A DNA stretch of 64,000 nt from Camelus dromedarius (taxonomy: Eukaryota): the NCBI RefSeq assembly GCF_036321535.1, contig NC_087472.1, positions 2,108,001-2,172,000 of the forward strand. The letters run 5' to 3'. The first letter of the stretch is position 1. Each line of letters opens with the position of its first letter. Made by a program: the position numbers and the translations under genes. The notes under the pieces were generated by a model. The model did not search any database. It was not told where the DNA came from and was given only the letters and a program-made list of their open reading frames with translations. Of the stretch, positions 1-12,900 are shown in pieces.

Positions 1-249
1 ACTACACATCTCCTCTCCTCCAGTTTCCATCCTTTCCATTGCCTGGAATCTTCCCTTTCTGGTCTGTCTAGCCTTTAAATGCACAAACAACATGACCTTC
101 TCTTGCTGCTGTTGCTTCTCCATGCATAACTGCACTCATCAAAACAAATGAGCCACCTTCAGAAGATTTGACAGGGACACAATTGTACAGAGCTAACTGA
201 TATTTTAACAATTATCTTTAAAAGAACCAAAGGCATAATTTGCCACGTT

Positions 250-1700
250 CATCTTCTAGGAAGACCTCTGAAGCAGCCTTCCCATCTACCTGTTGGTGAC
301 CTGTGTACATTCACTGAACACTTTGGAACATTTTCTCACCCCAACTCCTGCCCATATTCCCTGGTATCTCAGTTCCTTTAATGTCGTCTTTTAAAAACTG
401 CTCCTGCATTACTCCATTCAAAGTCCATCAACTTCTAGGGCTACGCTTGGAAGTGGCTCCATCTTCCAAACCCTTCCTTCAGATATCCTGCACTTGAACC
501 ACGACCTCCTATCCTTCCAGCTCACTTTTAGACTGGTTGTCCCCACTGTAACCATTTGCCAGCCTCATCAGAAGTTCCACTCCACTGCCCTTTTTCCTTT
601 TCCTCTATCGAAGGGCCCCTCCTGTCTTCTCATGAGTAAAAGTCTAGCATCTCAGTCAGCCCCTTCTCTATAACTTCCTGGGCTTTTGCTGCATTTGTTG
701 GGTAAAATCCAATTTCTCTGAAAACGCAGCTCTCTCTTCCTTTGCTGGCTCCTGCCACGGTGCAGAGAAGTGCCTAATATGGTCAACGTGTACCACAGTG
801 GATTGACGATTTACAGCCTCAACTAGGCCCTCAAATTGCCCCCAAGTTATCCCATTTCCATGTGGTCAACCCACTCTCTCCACTTGCCATTTTCAACCTT
901 TTCCACTCTGCTCCACATTTAATCCTTCTCCCTCCCTTCACAAATCCTCCGCCATGCTCGGCCACTCACTCAACCTATTTTTCTGAGCAAACAATTCAGA
1001 CAGAAACCCTAGAGACTTCTGCTATCAAACCTGTCCCACAGAGGAGAGAGGGCCCTGCCCCTGTGTTCTAGGTCCCATGGCCTCCTGTCTTCCAGGAACC
1101 TCATCCAATATTTCATCCATAATTTCTCTCCGTCCTCTGTCTTGGGCCTCTCTTTCTCTTTTCCACCCGTCCCATGAACATTTGCACATACTCAAATCTC
1201 CTTCAACTCAAATGAATGTCCCTGGGCCCTACACCCAACCAATCTACCTCCCCCGTCCTCCTCCTCCTAGCAGTCCAAGGTCTACCAAGACTTGTCTGTG
1301 CTTGTTACCTCAATTTTCTCACCTCCCAGGTGTTCTCTAACATACTGTAAGCCAATGTGGGCCCTCACATCTCTTAAAATGGCCCTCACCCAAAAGTCAC
1401 CAAATGCCTACATGTGGCTAAATCAAATGAATATTCTCTGGTCTTCATCTCACTCAATTCACAGCAGCATTCAATACTGTGGACTACTCCCTTGGTTTTC
1501 TTTCCCCTCCTTCTATCTTCTTTTGGCTTCCACAACTACACATTCTTCTGTTACCTCTTGTCCTTCTGGTCACTTCTCAGTATCTTCAGTAGGTCTGCCC
1601 CCTCCAGTGGGAAATTATATGGCAGAGCTCCCCAGGACTTGGTTTTACTCGGTTCCCTTCTTGATTCATGCTCTTTCTCTTAGCGTTTCCATATATGCCC
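250..1700 (+). mobile_element. Degraded LINE-2 fragments
   Basis: Pyrimidine-rich sequence with L2 ORF2-like motifs, e.g. gtggctaaatcaaatgaatattctctggtcttcatctcact...cagcagcattcaatactgtggactactccc at ~1415-1490. Recognised from memory of the L2 consensus; boundaries approximate. Confidence 0.5.
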
Positions 1701-1726
1701 GCCCAGGGGACAACTGCCAGTTACAT

Positions 1727-1915
1727 CAGAGTTTCTCAAGGTGTGGTTCGTGGGCCAGCCTGCATCAGGATCATAGGACAGAGGGCATGCTGAAGTCCAT
1801 ATTCCTTAGCACTATCCAAGGCCTATAGAATCAACTCTGTGGGTGGGCACTGGGAATCTCCATTTTAAACTAATTCTCCAGGTTGCTCTCAACCCCACTG
1901 AAGTGGGAACCACTG
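1727..1915 (+). mobile_element. MER5A-like hAT DNA transposon fossil
   Basis: Starts cagagtttctcaaggtgtggt, has internal gaatcaactctgtgggtgggcactgggaatctccattttaa, ends gggaaccactg. Length ~190 bp, like MER5A. Confidence 0.65.
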
Positions 1916-4010
1916 TATTTGTCAAGGAATGACAGCCTGGCTGATATCAACAGACGCAGCTCAACATCTCCATCTACTGGCTTCCTGACACTAGTGTCTT
2001 GGTTTCACAAATGTAGTCCATGGATGTTAAGAAAGGACCAAAAATGTGAAAAAGAGAAAAAAATCATGAAAAAAAAGAACAAAGGGTAAGAATGGAGTAT
2101 CTGCCTGACGAATAATCAAGATTGAATTATATCATCTTTTGACTTTTCTAGCACTGAGCTAGAGCCTTCAGTATCAAAGTTTTAAGGGTAAATTAAACTG
2201 GTGCCTTTCACTTCTCATCCAACTACAGAAAACACTTGCATCGGATGACTCCTATCTATAGATCATTATAGCAAGTTTCTTATTTCTTATAATGTACCAA
2301 GGACATTTAATGAATTTTTAAGGTTAGCCTTCCAGAAGTTGGCTAATGAAAAGCATTCTACTTTCCACTAGTAATCTAATAGGAGGCACTCTGATTTAAA
2401 CGAACTTCTACCTTTAAGTCTTTGTCCCAATTACTAAAATAATAAATGAATCTTCAGTGTAAAAACTTTCATGAAAAATATAATTTAAGAAGGGAATGGA
2501 ATTCCCACATAATTCCACTACTCAGACATAATGTACCACTTTCAGTTGGGGGTACCAGTTCCTTTCATCCTTCTCTCTCTACTCAGGTAGATAGATAGAT
2601 GACAGATAAGTAGACGGCTGCCTGGATAGAGATGCAGATATAGATATAAAGATATACTTATAGAGATCTGGTTAGAAATAGAGATATAGACTCTCCCTAC
2701 ATCATTGTAACTTTTCTACCTACCTTGGTTCACTGCCTGCTCTGCAATTTTTATTTCTGTTTCTAATCATACATTTTCCGTCTTTTATCTAAGGTTGACA
2801 AACAAAGTCTTCAAGATTTTATTGACTCTAATCATGCTTTCACACTGCCTGGTTTAAGTACCAGGATGCCATTTACTATTTATTTGCTTTGAATAATTAT
2901 CCTCCGTATGCCTTCAGCATTCCATTGACTCGTGTAAAAACACCAGTGTCTTGGGTGAGGAATGGCTAACTCCCAGATTCCTTCCTGTACTACAAAACCA
3001 CCCATTCTATCATCATAGAGTTGCATCTTGACTTCCTGCAGTGACCTTCACTGAAGAGTATCATTTCACTTCCTTATTCTTGGTAAACTTTTCCTAAGGT
3101 TGCTCTCCATCATCTTGGCATTTCACTATTGGAAATGAAAGATTGGAGTGGGGAAAGGGTGGGCCGTGTTGAGCATTAGTCCGGATAAGATATCTGTCTC
3201 CCATGCCTCCTTTTTTTTTGTCTCTAGGCAGATTGTGTTAGATTTCTCCCTTGCAATCCAGGTATATCTCAGTGTCTGAGAGTGAATTTTGGAGAGACAT
3301 GGGTGGACATTCTGGCCCTGCCACTTAATAATTGTGAGACATGGGCAAGACACTTGGGTAGTTAGACTCAAGTACCCTCAGTGGCATTGGAAAGGATAAA
3401 ATGAGACTTTGAACATGAAGGGGTTTTCGTGTGGAATGACACACTTAATAATAACACATGACTGCTATAAGGACAAGTGGGAGCAGGGAGAAATTAGGAT
3501 GTCAGAGAGCCCCCTTCAACCCCCTTAACAACTTCCAGAGCTCTGTACTCCAGACCTCACCCCTTTAACAGATTATATTTCAGGGTGTAACATCACTGAT
3601 GCTACTGGCCTCTTTCTACCATCCTGAACCTCTCACCTTCACTAACCTCTAGCCTTTGCCTTAAAATCTTGCTCAGAGCTCCACTAAACTCCACTAAAAA
3701 CCAAACCAAACAGAAACAAACAGCTTCCTTCAGCCTTTTTGTCCCCTCAAATAAACATCCTTTATTCTTCTAAAAGCATTTACGAGTACTCTCCTGCCAA
3801 ATCTGCACTAGGCCCAGGTATGCAGGCAGAAAAGGTGTAGCAGCCTCTACTTTCAGATAGTCCACTGGGACCAACACACATAAAGAAAATGCTGTGCAAC
3901 TGTGTTATTACTGCTAGAGGCATGGAAACTTATGGGAGAATGGAGCAGGGGCTCCCAACCTAGTGGACAATGAGAGCCTGTGAGTCGTACTAACTGTTGT
4001 GTCCCCAGCC

Positions 4011-5064
4011 TGAGACAGAGCAGAACCCTGCGCCCCCCCCCCCACCCCGCCAACCCCTGCCTATTGTTTATAGAAAAGCGGAAGTCTTCCAGGCCTCCCG
4101 GAGTCATGAAATAGCAAGCCCAAGCAGTTGATGATACAGACAATAGAGTCACAGGCTCACTGTCTGATGCACATTCCTGAGTCCTTTTACAGATACTGTA
4201 ACTGTCACCAGCAGGAAAGGGCTGACTGCATGATGATCAGAAGTCTTCCCTGGCCTCCCCTTCAGTAATCTCATGAACAAACCATGTGAACAAGATAGCA
4301 TCTAGGGAAAATTCACAAGGAGTTGACAAGCCTACACAACAAGCCTGCACACAGTGGAGGGTGGTGATGACCCCGATGCCCTATCTCAATGATTAACTGA
4401 GATTACTCCCCCCTTTCCTTTTGAAGCCTTCATGACAGGGTGGAATCTAGGGAGACGGTCTTTGGGGGACTTGAGTTCACCATCTCCTCATGTTAATGAG
4501 GCTGTTGCCCCCAAGATCATACCCTTGCCCCTCCCTCAATTAAAAACCAATTACCTTTATCTAAGTCTCAGGAGAAAGCTGTAAAGAGAAGAAACAAGAA
4601 CTAGCTGGAACCAATATTGCCCAAGATGGTGGAGAATTCAACTTCTAGTAGACCTTAAGCTTCATTGAACACCCAATGTAATGCATTAGCATGTTGAATG
4701 ACACACCGACCAGCACCATGACAGTTGACCAGTGCCATCACAACAGCCAACAAAGCCATAATAGGACAGGGAAAAAAAGGAGATTGGCTCCAGCACTCCC
4801 AGAATGAGGATATGATGGCAGAAGCTTCCCAGATAAAGCCCTACATGGCCCAATCCGGAGCTGCAGCTGTCTCGATCCGCCATCTTGGCTGATGGCTCCC
4901 TACTTGAGCAATTTCTCTCCCTTTCCCTCTTTTGACCAATAAAGGAACCTTTCACTTTGTCCCTCTGCCTCTGCTGAGAATTCATTCTTTCTCAATCATC
5001 AGGCAAGGACCCACACATTTGGTACCAAGTCTTTCCAATTTGGGGATCTCTCTTTCTGCTAACG
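4011..5064 (+). mobile_element. ERV1-class solo LTR with 4-bp target-site duplication
   Basis: Begins TGAGACAGAGCAG and ends CTAACG (CA mutated). Flanked by AGCC at 4007-4010 and 5065-5068. Internal AATAAA at ~4937. Confidence 0.65.
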
Positions 5065-5329
5065 AGCCTAGCTCAGGGGCCAGCACACACAGTACATGAG
5101 CATTAAATCATGAATGTACACTCAATGAAGAACAATATCTTAACTGAATTGTAACAAATGTTTGAGACCTTGGGAGGGGAGGGTGTGAAGAAGGAAAGAA
5201 ACAGAATAGAGGAAAGAAGAGAATTTTAAGAGTCTGGGATTTACTTTAAAAATATATCCACAAAGAAAAATGAAATTTAAAAAAACCCAGTATCTTAATC
5301 ATTGTTAAATGGGAATTCACTGTGCTCTT

Positions 5330-5830
5330 CTCCTGAGTTTTTTGTGTTTTTGAAAATTTTCATTAAAACTTTTGTTGAAGAAATAGACATATATTGAGAT
5401 TATCACAGTATTTCTATTTTTGGTCCTGCTGATGTGATGAATCACACTGATTTTCCAATGGTGGGCCAACTTACATTCCTGGAGAAGACCCAACTTCTTC
5501 ATCAAGGGTGGGTTCTTCAGGAACTCACTGGACAGGGAATGTGAGTGCTGCGTTTAGGATGTTCCTGGTGGAGATTGGTCTGTGGTTTTCTTTCTTAAGA
5601 TACCTGAGCCAGGCTTTATTGGCGACATTCTGTTGACCACCTGGGATGAGTCAGACAGCATTCTCCTTCTTTTTCTGTTCTTTGAGGAGGTTGTGTGATA
5701 TTGGTGCTATTTCTTCTTTAAATGTTTTCTCCCGAGTACGAATTATACTTTACTTTAGAATCCTTGATCTGATAGTCATGATTTGTATACTTTTTGGTAT
5801 GTTTTATAATAATTTTAAGATACACATTTT
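5330..5830 (-). mobile_element. Old L1 fragment (antisense)
   Basis: T-rich sequence resembling reverse-complement L1 ORF2 (gtgatgaatcacactgatttt...ccaacttacattcctgg; gatattggtgctatttcttctttaaatgttt). Confidence 0.5.
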
Positions 5831-5959
5831 TTGAGAAAGAGTAGGCAAAAATCAATTTTTAACTTAGAAAACATTTCATTTGCTAGCTAAGGGAAATGCA
5901 CTCACCTGACCCTAGTAACTGGACTAGAAATACCACCCTGGCATAGATAACAACTCTTT

Positions 5960-6200
5960 ACATAAACTTTCCTTGTCATTATCATCGTCATTGACATTTA
6001 CTGGGCAGGACTATAGGCCAGGCACCGTGCTGGATGTGTTACTCATGTCATTTACTTTAATCATCACCCTAAGCCTATGTGGTAGGTGCCAGCATTCATT
6101 CCCAGCATTCCAAAGAGAAAGCTGAAGCATAACAATGTCCAGGATCCAGGACTCGAATTACGTGCAGATTATGTTGTGTTCATCTAACCACAGAAATGTG
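5960..6200 (-). mobile_element. MIR SINE
   Basis: Matches the reverse MIR core (catttactgggcaggactataggccaggcaccgtgctgg...ttaatcatcaccctaagcctatgtggtagg). Confidence 0.6.
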
Positions 6201-7278
6201 CATTACACCCAAACAGTCATTTCTCCAAAGTCTTTCTACTATAAATTCTTCACTTCTACCATGATGCCCATATGGCCTGAACATTGACCATGATTTGTAA
6301 TTATATAGACTTTTTTCTTCCTTGAGTTATTGTCCTTTCCCCCTATAGCCTGCAAGAACCACTGGAGCGGGCATTCACTGTGGAACCCCCAGCAATTGGT
6401 GCAAGGCGTGGTCCAGAGGAGGCTCTGGATGAAAGGGGAGAGTAGTATCAGTGACAAGGTAGAAAATGCTTGATGTACATACTTACTAGAGGGCAGACCA
6501 TGGTGCCTCTGTGTAGGTGGCTGGGGGAAGGTGGGACAAGTTCATGTAGGAATGAAATCTGAGTGTTTCTCTGTCCCACTGTGAAGTCCTCTGCCTTCCC
6601 TCTGGAGCATTCCCCTCCCCTGGCCCCACTGCCAGCCCCAAGTCACCCAAGTCACTAGGCTGAGGGCTACAGCAAAGGCAGAGAGACTGGAGAGAAGGAA
6701 GAGGACTGGGTCCTGCATGCAGAGCAAGGGTCTTGGAGGAAGGGGTGAGCCCAACACAGCTGGAGACAAAGAAGCGAAAGAAGAGAAACCTGGTTCTGCC
6801 AGCCTGGGGAAGGAGGGCGGGCTCTTCCTATGAGTGGCAGGGCCCAGCTGGCTTCTCTGAGGCCTTAGGGAGAGGCCCTGCCCCCACTGCCCAATGACCC
6901 CTGCACTCCTGAGCCCCCACAACAGAGGGGACACTTGGGCCCTCTATGGGGCGAAGGCAACATGAAAGGGGAGCCTCGGCTCTGGTCAAGGTGGGCTGGA
7001 CAGACAGTGCCTCTGAGCTAAGGCAGTGCGGATGCTGTCCCCACCCCTTTGTACTTGAATAACAGAGGAATGGAAGACCGCCCTGCTCCACAGGCACGCA
7101 CACAGACGTCAGTGGGGAGAGGGTGGGCACCAAGTTTGGCCTGGAGACAGCCACCAAGAACTTAAGGTCCCTCGGGAAATCTTTGAGAGACAGGGACAGG
7201 GCCTGAGACACAGGCCCAGCTGGGAGCTGTGCCACTAGAGCCCCAGGAGAGGGAGGAGCTGTCCCAGAGCCACCAAGG

Positions 7279-8254
7279 ATGCAGATACACATGCCGATGG
7301 GAGGCTGTGGGGGAGCTGCCCTGGGGGCTGTGCCCAGCAAGGCTGAGGGCCTCCAAGGACAGGCCATGCGCTTGGCTTCGGGTCAAGGAGGCACAGTCCT
7401 GGGAACACCAAGTGCAGCCTCGGGGGACAGGACCTCCTCGTTTCAAACCACACGGGTGCTGCAGGCTGAGGGGCAGCGGCCCACACCCCTTGGCAGGGGC
7501 CAAGGGGTCTGGAGCCCACGTGTGGGCAGCGGCTCTGCCTTGCTCACCCCAGGCCCTGCTGCAGATCTGGCGCCTTTCCCAGGCCTCCCCCAGAACCAGT
7601 TCCTGCCCCAGGAAGGACCCCGCAGGCTCTGGAATGAGATGGTCAAAGGCGTCCCTCAGTCAAGCTCAGCCCCACCCCAGCCCCACAGGGGGATCTCCAC
7701 ATCCCTGCACAGCCTCATCCTGCCCCCCACCACTTGTCCTGGCACCCCTCCGACTACAAGACTGTGCCAGGCCCCTTCAGTCTGCTCCATGGCCTCCACT
7801 GTGGGGCCTGACTCCCAAGAAGGGTGGGGGAGGGGTGGGGCCCAGGTCTTCCCTGAACTGTGCCTCACATCCACACCCCCAAATCCGCCCTGCTCTGGGT
7901 GTCCCACCTCACCCCTGGCCTCCCTCCACAGGGCCCTGGCACTGGTCTCCTCATCTCGTGGCCTGAGGGCAGCTGCAGCACCAGACGGCAGGCCGAGGAG
8001 GGCACGGGGTCCCCCAGGGTTGGGAGCGGGGGTCAGAGCCCACATCTGCTGGCCCCGGTCTGGCATCAAGTGTGCTTTCCAGGACAGGGGCTCAGTAAGG
8101 TGAGCCCAATGGCCTGTTTCGTTTCCGCCTTAGCCCTTAACCCTCTTTCGCTGTCTTCCTTCCCATTTTCAGGAGGAGGGAGGACCTGGCCACCCCGGCT
8201 GGTCCTCACACTTGGACGAGGGAGCCTTGGGTGAAACAAGCTGGCGCTGCCTGA
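7279..8254 (+). CDS. Candidate uncharacterised two-exon ORF (7279-8099 + 8173-8254, ~300 aa)
   Basis: A 274-codon ATG ORF stops exactly inside an AAG|GTGAGC donor. A 73-nt intron follows, with CCTTAAC branch site, pyrimidine tract and CAG acceptor. No homology recognised; the GC-rich context makes a chance ORF possible. Confidence 0.25.
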
Positions 8255-8539
8255 GAGCCAGCTGGGCCGTCTGCAGAGACAATGACGCACAAGGAGATAC
8301 CCAGCGGGGCCCTGAGGACCAGGAAAGGGTGACAGCCCAGGAGACGCCAGAGAGACACCCCAACACCTGCCCCAGCAGAGGGTGGGCAACAGGCCGTGCC
8401 TGGGAGCAGGTGGCAGCGGAAGACCAGGGCCACCACCCCGTTGTCACCATTCGCAGTCTGCCTTGCATCCCCCAGCTGTGTTTCCGGGTCTGTCACTGCT
8501 AACCACGCGTCTCCAGCCAGGCTCACAGCTGTGTTTCCA

Positions 8540-8760
8540 GGGCCTGAACTGTGGTGTCTGCCAGCCTGGTCTGGATCCCAGGGCCTCCACTGAGGAGCTG
8601 GGGGACCTGGGCAAGACTCTGAACCTTCCTGTGCCCAGTGTTCTCAACTGGAGAGGAGGGGGCATAACGGTGCTCCTGTGAGGACTCAGAATGCAGTGGA
8701 GTTGAGTGTAGGCCCAGCGGCTCAGCCCAGTGCCTGGTACATAATAAGAATTCATGTTTC
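8540..8760 (+). mobile_element. MIR SINE
   Basis: MIR-like core: ctgggggacctgggcaagactctgaaccttcctgtgcccagtgttctc...cagtgcctggtacataataag. Confidence 0.6.
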
Positions 8761-8779
8761 TTTTAGCTGTTTTTCATAG

Positions 8780-9780
8780 TTAAGGTTATGCTATATATGT
8801 GCCTAATTTCATGTTTTGGATTTTTCCCCTGGATTCTTCAACTCTTTATTCTTGCATGATTGATATATTCTATCATATGCTATCATATCATATCTAGCAC
8901 AATTTAATGCTTTTGTAACATTTTGATTAAGTATTTTTACATGAATATTTATTTGCATTTCAGATGATCTCAGAAATATCATTACTACAGGGTCAGAGAA
9001 TGTGAACATCTTTAAGACTATTGATCTTCTGTAGCAGGACTTTTGGCAGACAATACCAATTTGCTTTCTTACTGTCAGCAAATGAAAGTGCTCCTTTGTT
9101 TTCACTCAAATTACCATTTTAATTGCTCTTTTATGAATGGGAAAAGCTATCGTCTCTTTATTTGCATTTCTTTTGTGACTAATTACAGCAGGACTTAATG
9201 GCTATTTGTATTTTTCCTTTAGTGAATTGCCCTTACCTATCAATTACCCACTTAGCTGTTGGAGGCTTAGTACTTTTATTCTCACATTTTAAGACCAATT
9301 CATATATTAACCTTTTGTCCATTACATTTGTTTCAGATGTTTTGCTCCACCCACCACTTACATTGTTGTGCTTATGATGCCTGATGTAAAGATTTTTCTT
9401 TAATTTTATATTGTTGAATTTATTGAGATTTTTGCTCTGTAACTTCTTTCATTGCTTTTAAGCTCAGAATATTCTTTCCTATCCAGAAGGATGTAAGTAT
9501 TCACTGGTATTTTATTTTAATATTTTTCTTTATATTTAGCCTTTAATCCTTTTGATAGATATTTCAGAGTATGGCATGTGTTCAGGATCTTCACTGATTC
9601 TTCCTCCAAATAGCTAAATATTCTAATATCATCTTTTGATCATCCTCCCATAGTTAGGATTGCTGTTCCCTTTATTTATAGTGCACATACACGTGTGTGT
9701 GATTCCCACACATAGTCTCTTTCGGATCCACTCATTTGTTCAATCTGATGCCACAGTGACATGGTTGCTCTGCAGTCTAG
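8780..9780 (-). mobile_element. Degraded L1 (L1ME-like, antisense)
   Basis: T-rich block with L1 3' motifs (tttatttgcatttc, cagaatattcttttcctatccagaagg, atatttctaatatcatcttttga). Confidence 0.45.
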
Positions 9781-11149
9781 AGTTCTATCTTGTAGCCCCT
9801 GTAGAAATGTAGAATTCTGACATCAAGGGAATGAGCCATGGGCAGAAGTATATGAAAAATAATTTTTAAATATCAAGTTTGTTATGAAGATAACCTAAGT
9901 TTGCATCATTACTACCCAGGTACTAATTGGCTTTAATGTAGTAAGCAAGCATGTACCGAATGATACTAAGGCTTTAAGATGAAAAATCTGCTTTGGGAAC
10001 AATTATTCAGGTGAAAGAGCGGAGTGGGCTGGATTTACCGCAGAAGCAGTCGTGGAAGAGAAGAGACTTGAGTAAGCAGTAGGAGGGAATGGCCGGAACC
10101 ACATCACCACAGCTAGAAAGAGCAGGAGGCTTGTGCTCCACACAGGCAGTCAAGACTGCTGCCTATAAAAAGGGAGTCAGAGACCAGAGTGGGCTGGCTC
10201 TGGGAGTACAGGCAAATGCATGGAAGTGGGACAACTCCCAGACAGGAGACAGGAGGGGCCTCTTTGGCTGTGCTTGAGCCCCCAGCAATCATGGTGCAGA
10301 AAAGCCCTTCCCAGGTTGTGAGCCAATGACGCTCCCACTGAACCCTCAGAGGTTGAGGGACACCTCCCAGGTCACCCAGCTGGGAGGCAGACAAGTGGAG
10401 AGAAACATCAAGACTCTCTCTGCTGCCACACCTGCCCGTGTTCTCTGAGGTCAGTGAGACTGGCTGTTCCCTGGGCTTTACTCCCAACAGTTAGCATCTC
10501 TACACAGACTCACAGCAAAGTGCTTCTGTGCGTCTTCCTCCACGTGGTCAACATCAGTTGGGTGCTGTGCTCTGCACAGGGCCCCGTGCTGGCAGTCAAG
10601 GGGGCCAAGCCAAAAGACCCTGGAGGCTGAACCAAGCACAATGGCTTGGCACAATTACAATTCCTTCACCTGTGCCAGGGAGACCAGCCGCCCATGGGGC
10701 CGCGGTGGGGGTGGGGTGGTGGAGAAGGGAGGAAGGGGGCAGAGTGTGTGCCTATCTGGGTGTTACACAGGACTCTCACATGCGAGCATGGCCACAAGAA
10801 CTCATCCCCACCCTGTCATCCCCTTCTCAACACCTTCTCTCCCATAAGGCAAGAGAAAAGGCAACTGCTGTCTCATTCCTCATGTCAGAGAAGGGCCCTC
10901 TCGTCCCCAGGTCCACACACAAGTGGGAAATCTGGAACCCTGCTTGAACTTTACCTGGGCCTTCTCCCTCTCTGGCCTGAACTGCTGCAGAAGCCCTCTC
11001 TGCTCCAGGCTCCCCTCCCTGCCATCCGGTTTACCACACTAGATCCATTCCTCACCATCACCTTGCTTCAAACCCATCGGAGCTCCCTGCAGCCCTTGGG
11101 GTAAAGGTCCTAGGTAGATGGGACCAGGTTGACGGATTCAGGTGCTTGC

Positions 11150-12900
11150 TAGAAAGGAGGCACCGAGGGCCTCCTGTGGGCCAGGCTCTGTTCTAGGCAC
11201 TACAGATGCCAGGGTGAGAAGCATCAGCCAAGCTCCTTCTCCTGGCGGGGTGGGGTTTGCCATCGGAGGGGAGAAGGGAGGCCCTGAGCCCAAAAGCAAA
11301 AGCCCAAACTAGCATCTATCAGATGATGACACATAAATCAACTCTGCTCTCATGAATATGAGTGGAGGGTGCTCCGGGGCCCGCTCCTGATATGGGTAAC
11401 CAGTCAGAGGAGGCCTCCAAGAGTGGGGGGACGTTTCAGCTAAGACCTGAGTGAGGAGGAGGAGGCCACTGTAGGAAGTACTTGGGGCAGGTTGTCCCAC
11501 ACAGAGGAGGAGGAACGACAAAGGCCACAGATGGGAACGAGCTGGGCGTTCTCCGGGGCCAAGCAAGCTGGCCAGTGCAGCAGGAGTCTGGTGAGAGGGG
11601 CTGGGAGTGGGTGGCGTGGGAAGAAGAGCATAGAAGGAGGCCAACCCCAGGGGGGACGGGCTGTTGGCCAGGAGGGGGACTATGGGGTTTACTCTAAGGA
11701 GATGGGGAGCTACAGGGAGGATCTGCCACCAGGGAGTGCAGTCTGGTAGTGTTGCAGAGAGTCGGCCCTAGCAGTCACATGGGTGGGAGTGAAGTAGAGA
11801 AAGGGGAGTGAAGGCAGGGAGAGGAGGAGACAGGGCTAAGGACCATGGAGATGTGGAGAGGGGTAGCAGTCACCGACTAGAGTAGATAAAATCAGATGAT
11901 GGGTTAGACTGGGGGCGAGGAGCAAAGGAGAGAGGAGAAAGGATCCTGGCTTCTTTGCTTCAGCAGCCAGGTAGAAGGCAGAGCCCTTAGGGGAAACCTG
12001 GGGAAGAAGCCAGCATACTGAGAGGGATGAAGTGCTCCGGTTTGGACACCTTCATTCTGGAGTTCCCCGTGGGCATCCAAGTGGGCAGTTGAGTGAGCAC
12101 ACATGAAGCTCAGGGAAGAGGTCCCACCCAGAGACAGACCATTTGCAGCCATCGGCAGGCAGACAATCCCCTGGATGAGAGTGGTGTCAGAGGTGCCAAG
12201 GGTCCAGCAGCTGAGACTGGGAATTCGCCTCCAGCATGCTGAACTCTAAGTAGTGGAGGAGGCTGTTGCAGGGATCTCAGGCTGGCTGAGAGGGAGGAGG
12301 TCAGCCTGAAGGTGGAGGGTGTGACAGAGGCTGGGAAAAGAAAGGCTTTTGAGAAGGAAGGAGGGTCAACTGTGCTGGGAGGCAGAGTCAAAGGAAAGCT
12401 GAGAGGTGACAAAGGAAAGGCGGTGGAGACATCACAGCCCACCCTAGCAGAGAGAGGAAAGAGTGCCCTGAGGCAGAGCCCGAGAGTCCTGGACTTGGAG
12501 TCAGCCCCCCTATGGAAGGAAGGAGAGCAGGAAGAGACACAGCTGGGAAGAGGGGACACGAGTTGAGAGTCTTCCTGAAGAGCAGCTGGCCAGTTGGTGA
12601 CATGGGTCCCACATATGTTCCTAGGGGAACACCCTCTCTGAGGAAGGATCACAGACAGATCATGTTGGAAACCAAGAAAGAGGACAATGTGGGGGTGCAG
12701 GCCATGACAGGACTAATGCCGGGATTCGGCAGACAGAAGTTCTCGAGGCCAGTGATAACAGGAGCAGTTTGCCTGGCTGAGAACAGGCAGGCTTGGCACT
12801 CAAGGGTGGGAAAGGGAGGGAGCCATGCACAAGACCAACTGGGAAAGCTGGTTTGGGACAGAACCCCCATGTTTCTTCATTTACCCAGCATTTAGCACCT
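11150..12900 (-). mobile_element. Degraded LINE-2 fragments (antisense)
   Basis: Purine-rich strand with L2 hallmarks: ccaggctctgttctaggcactacagatgccagggtgagaag (~11180) and gtgggcatccaagtgggcagttgagtgagcacacatgaagctcagggaagagg (~12070). Confidence 0.5.

Noticed and set aside
862-1828. Plus-strand ORFs up to 178 aa
   Set aside because: They lie in degraded L2 sequence with no coherent protein signature.
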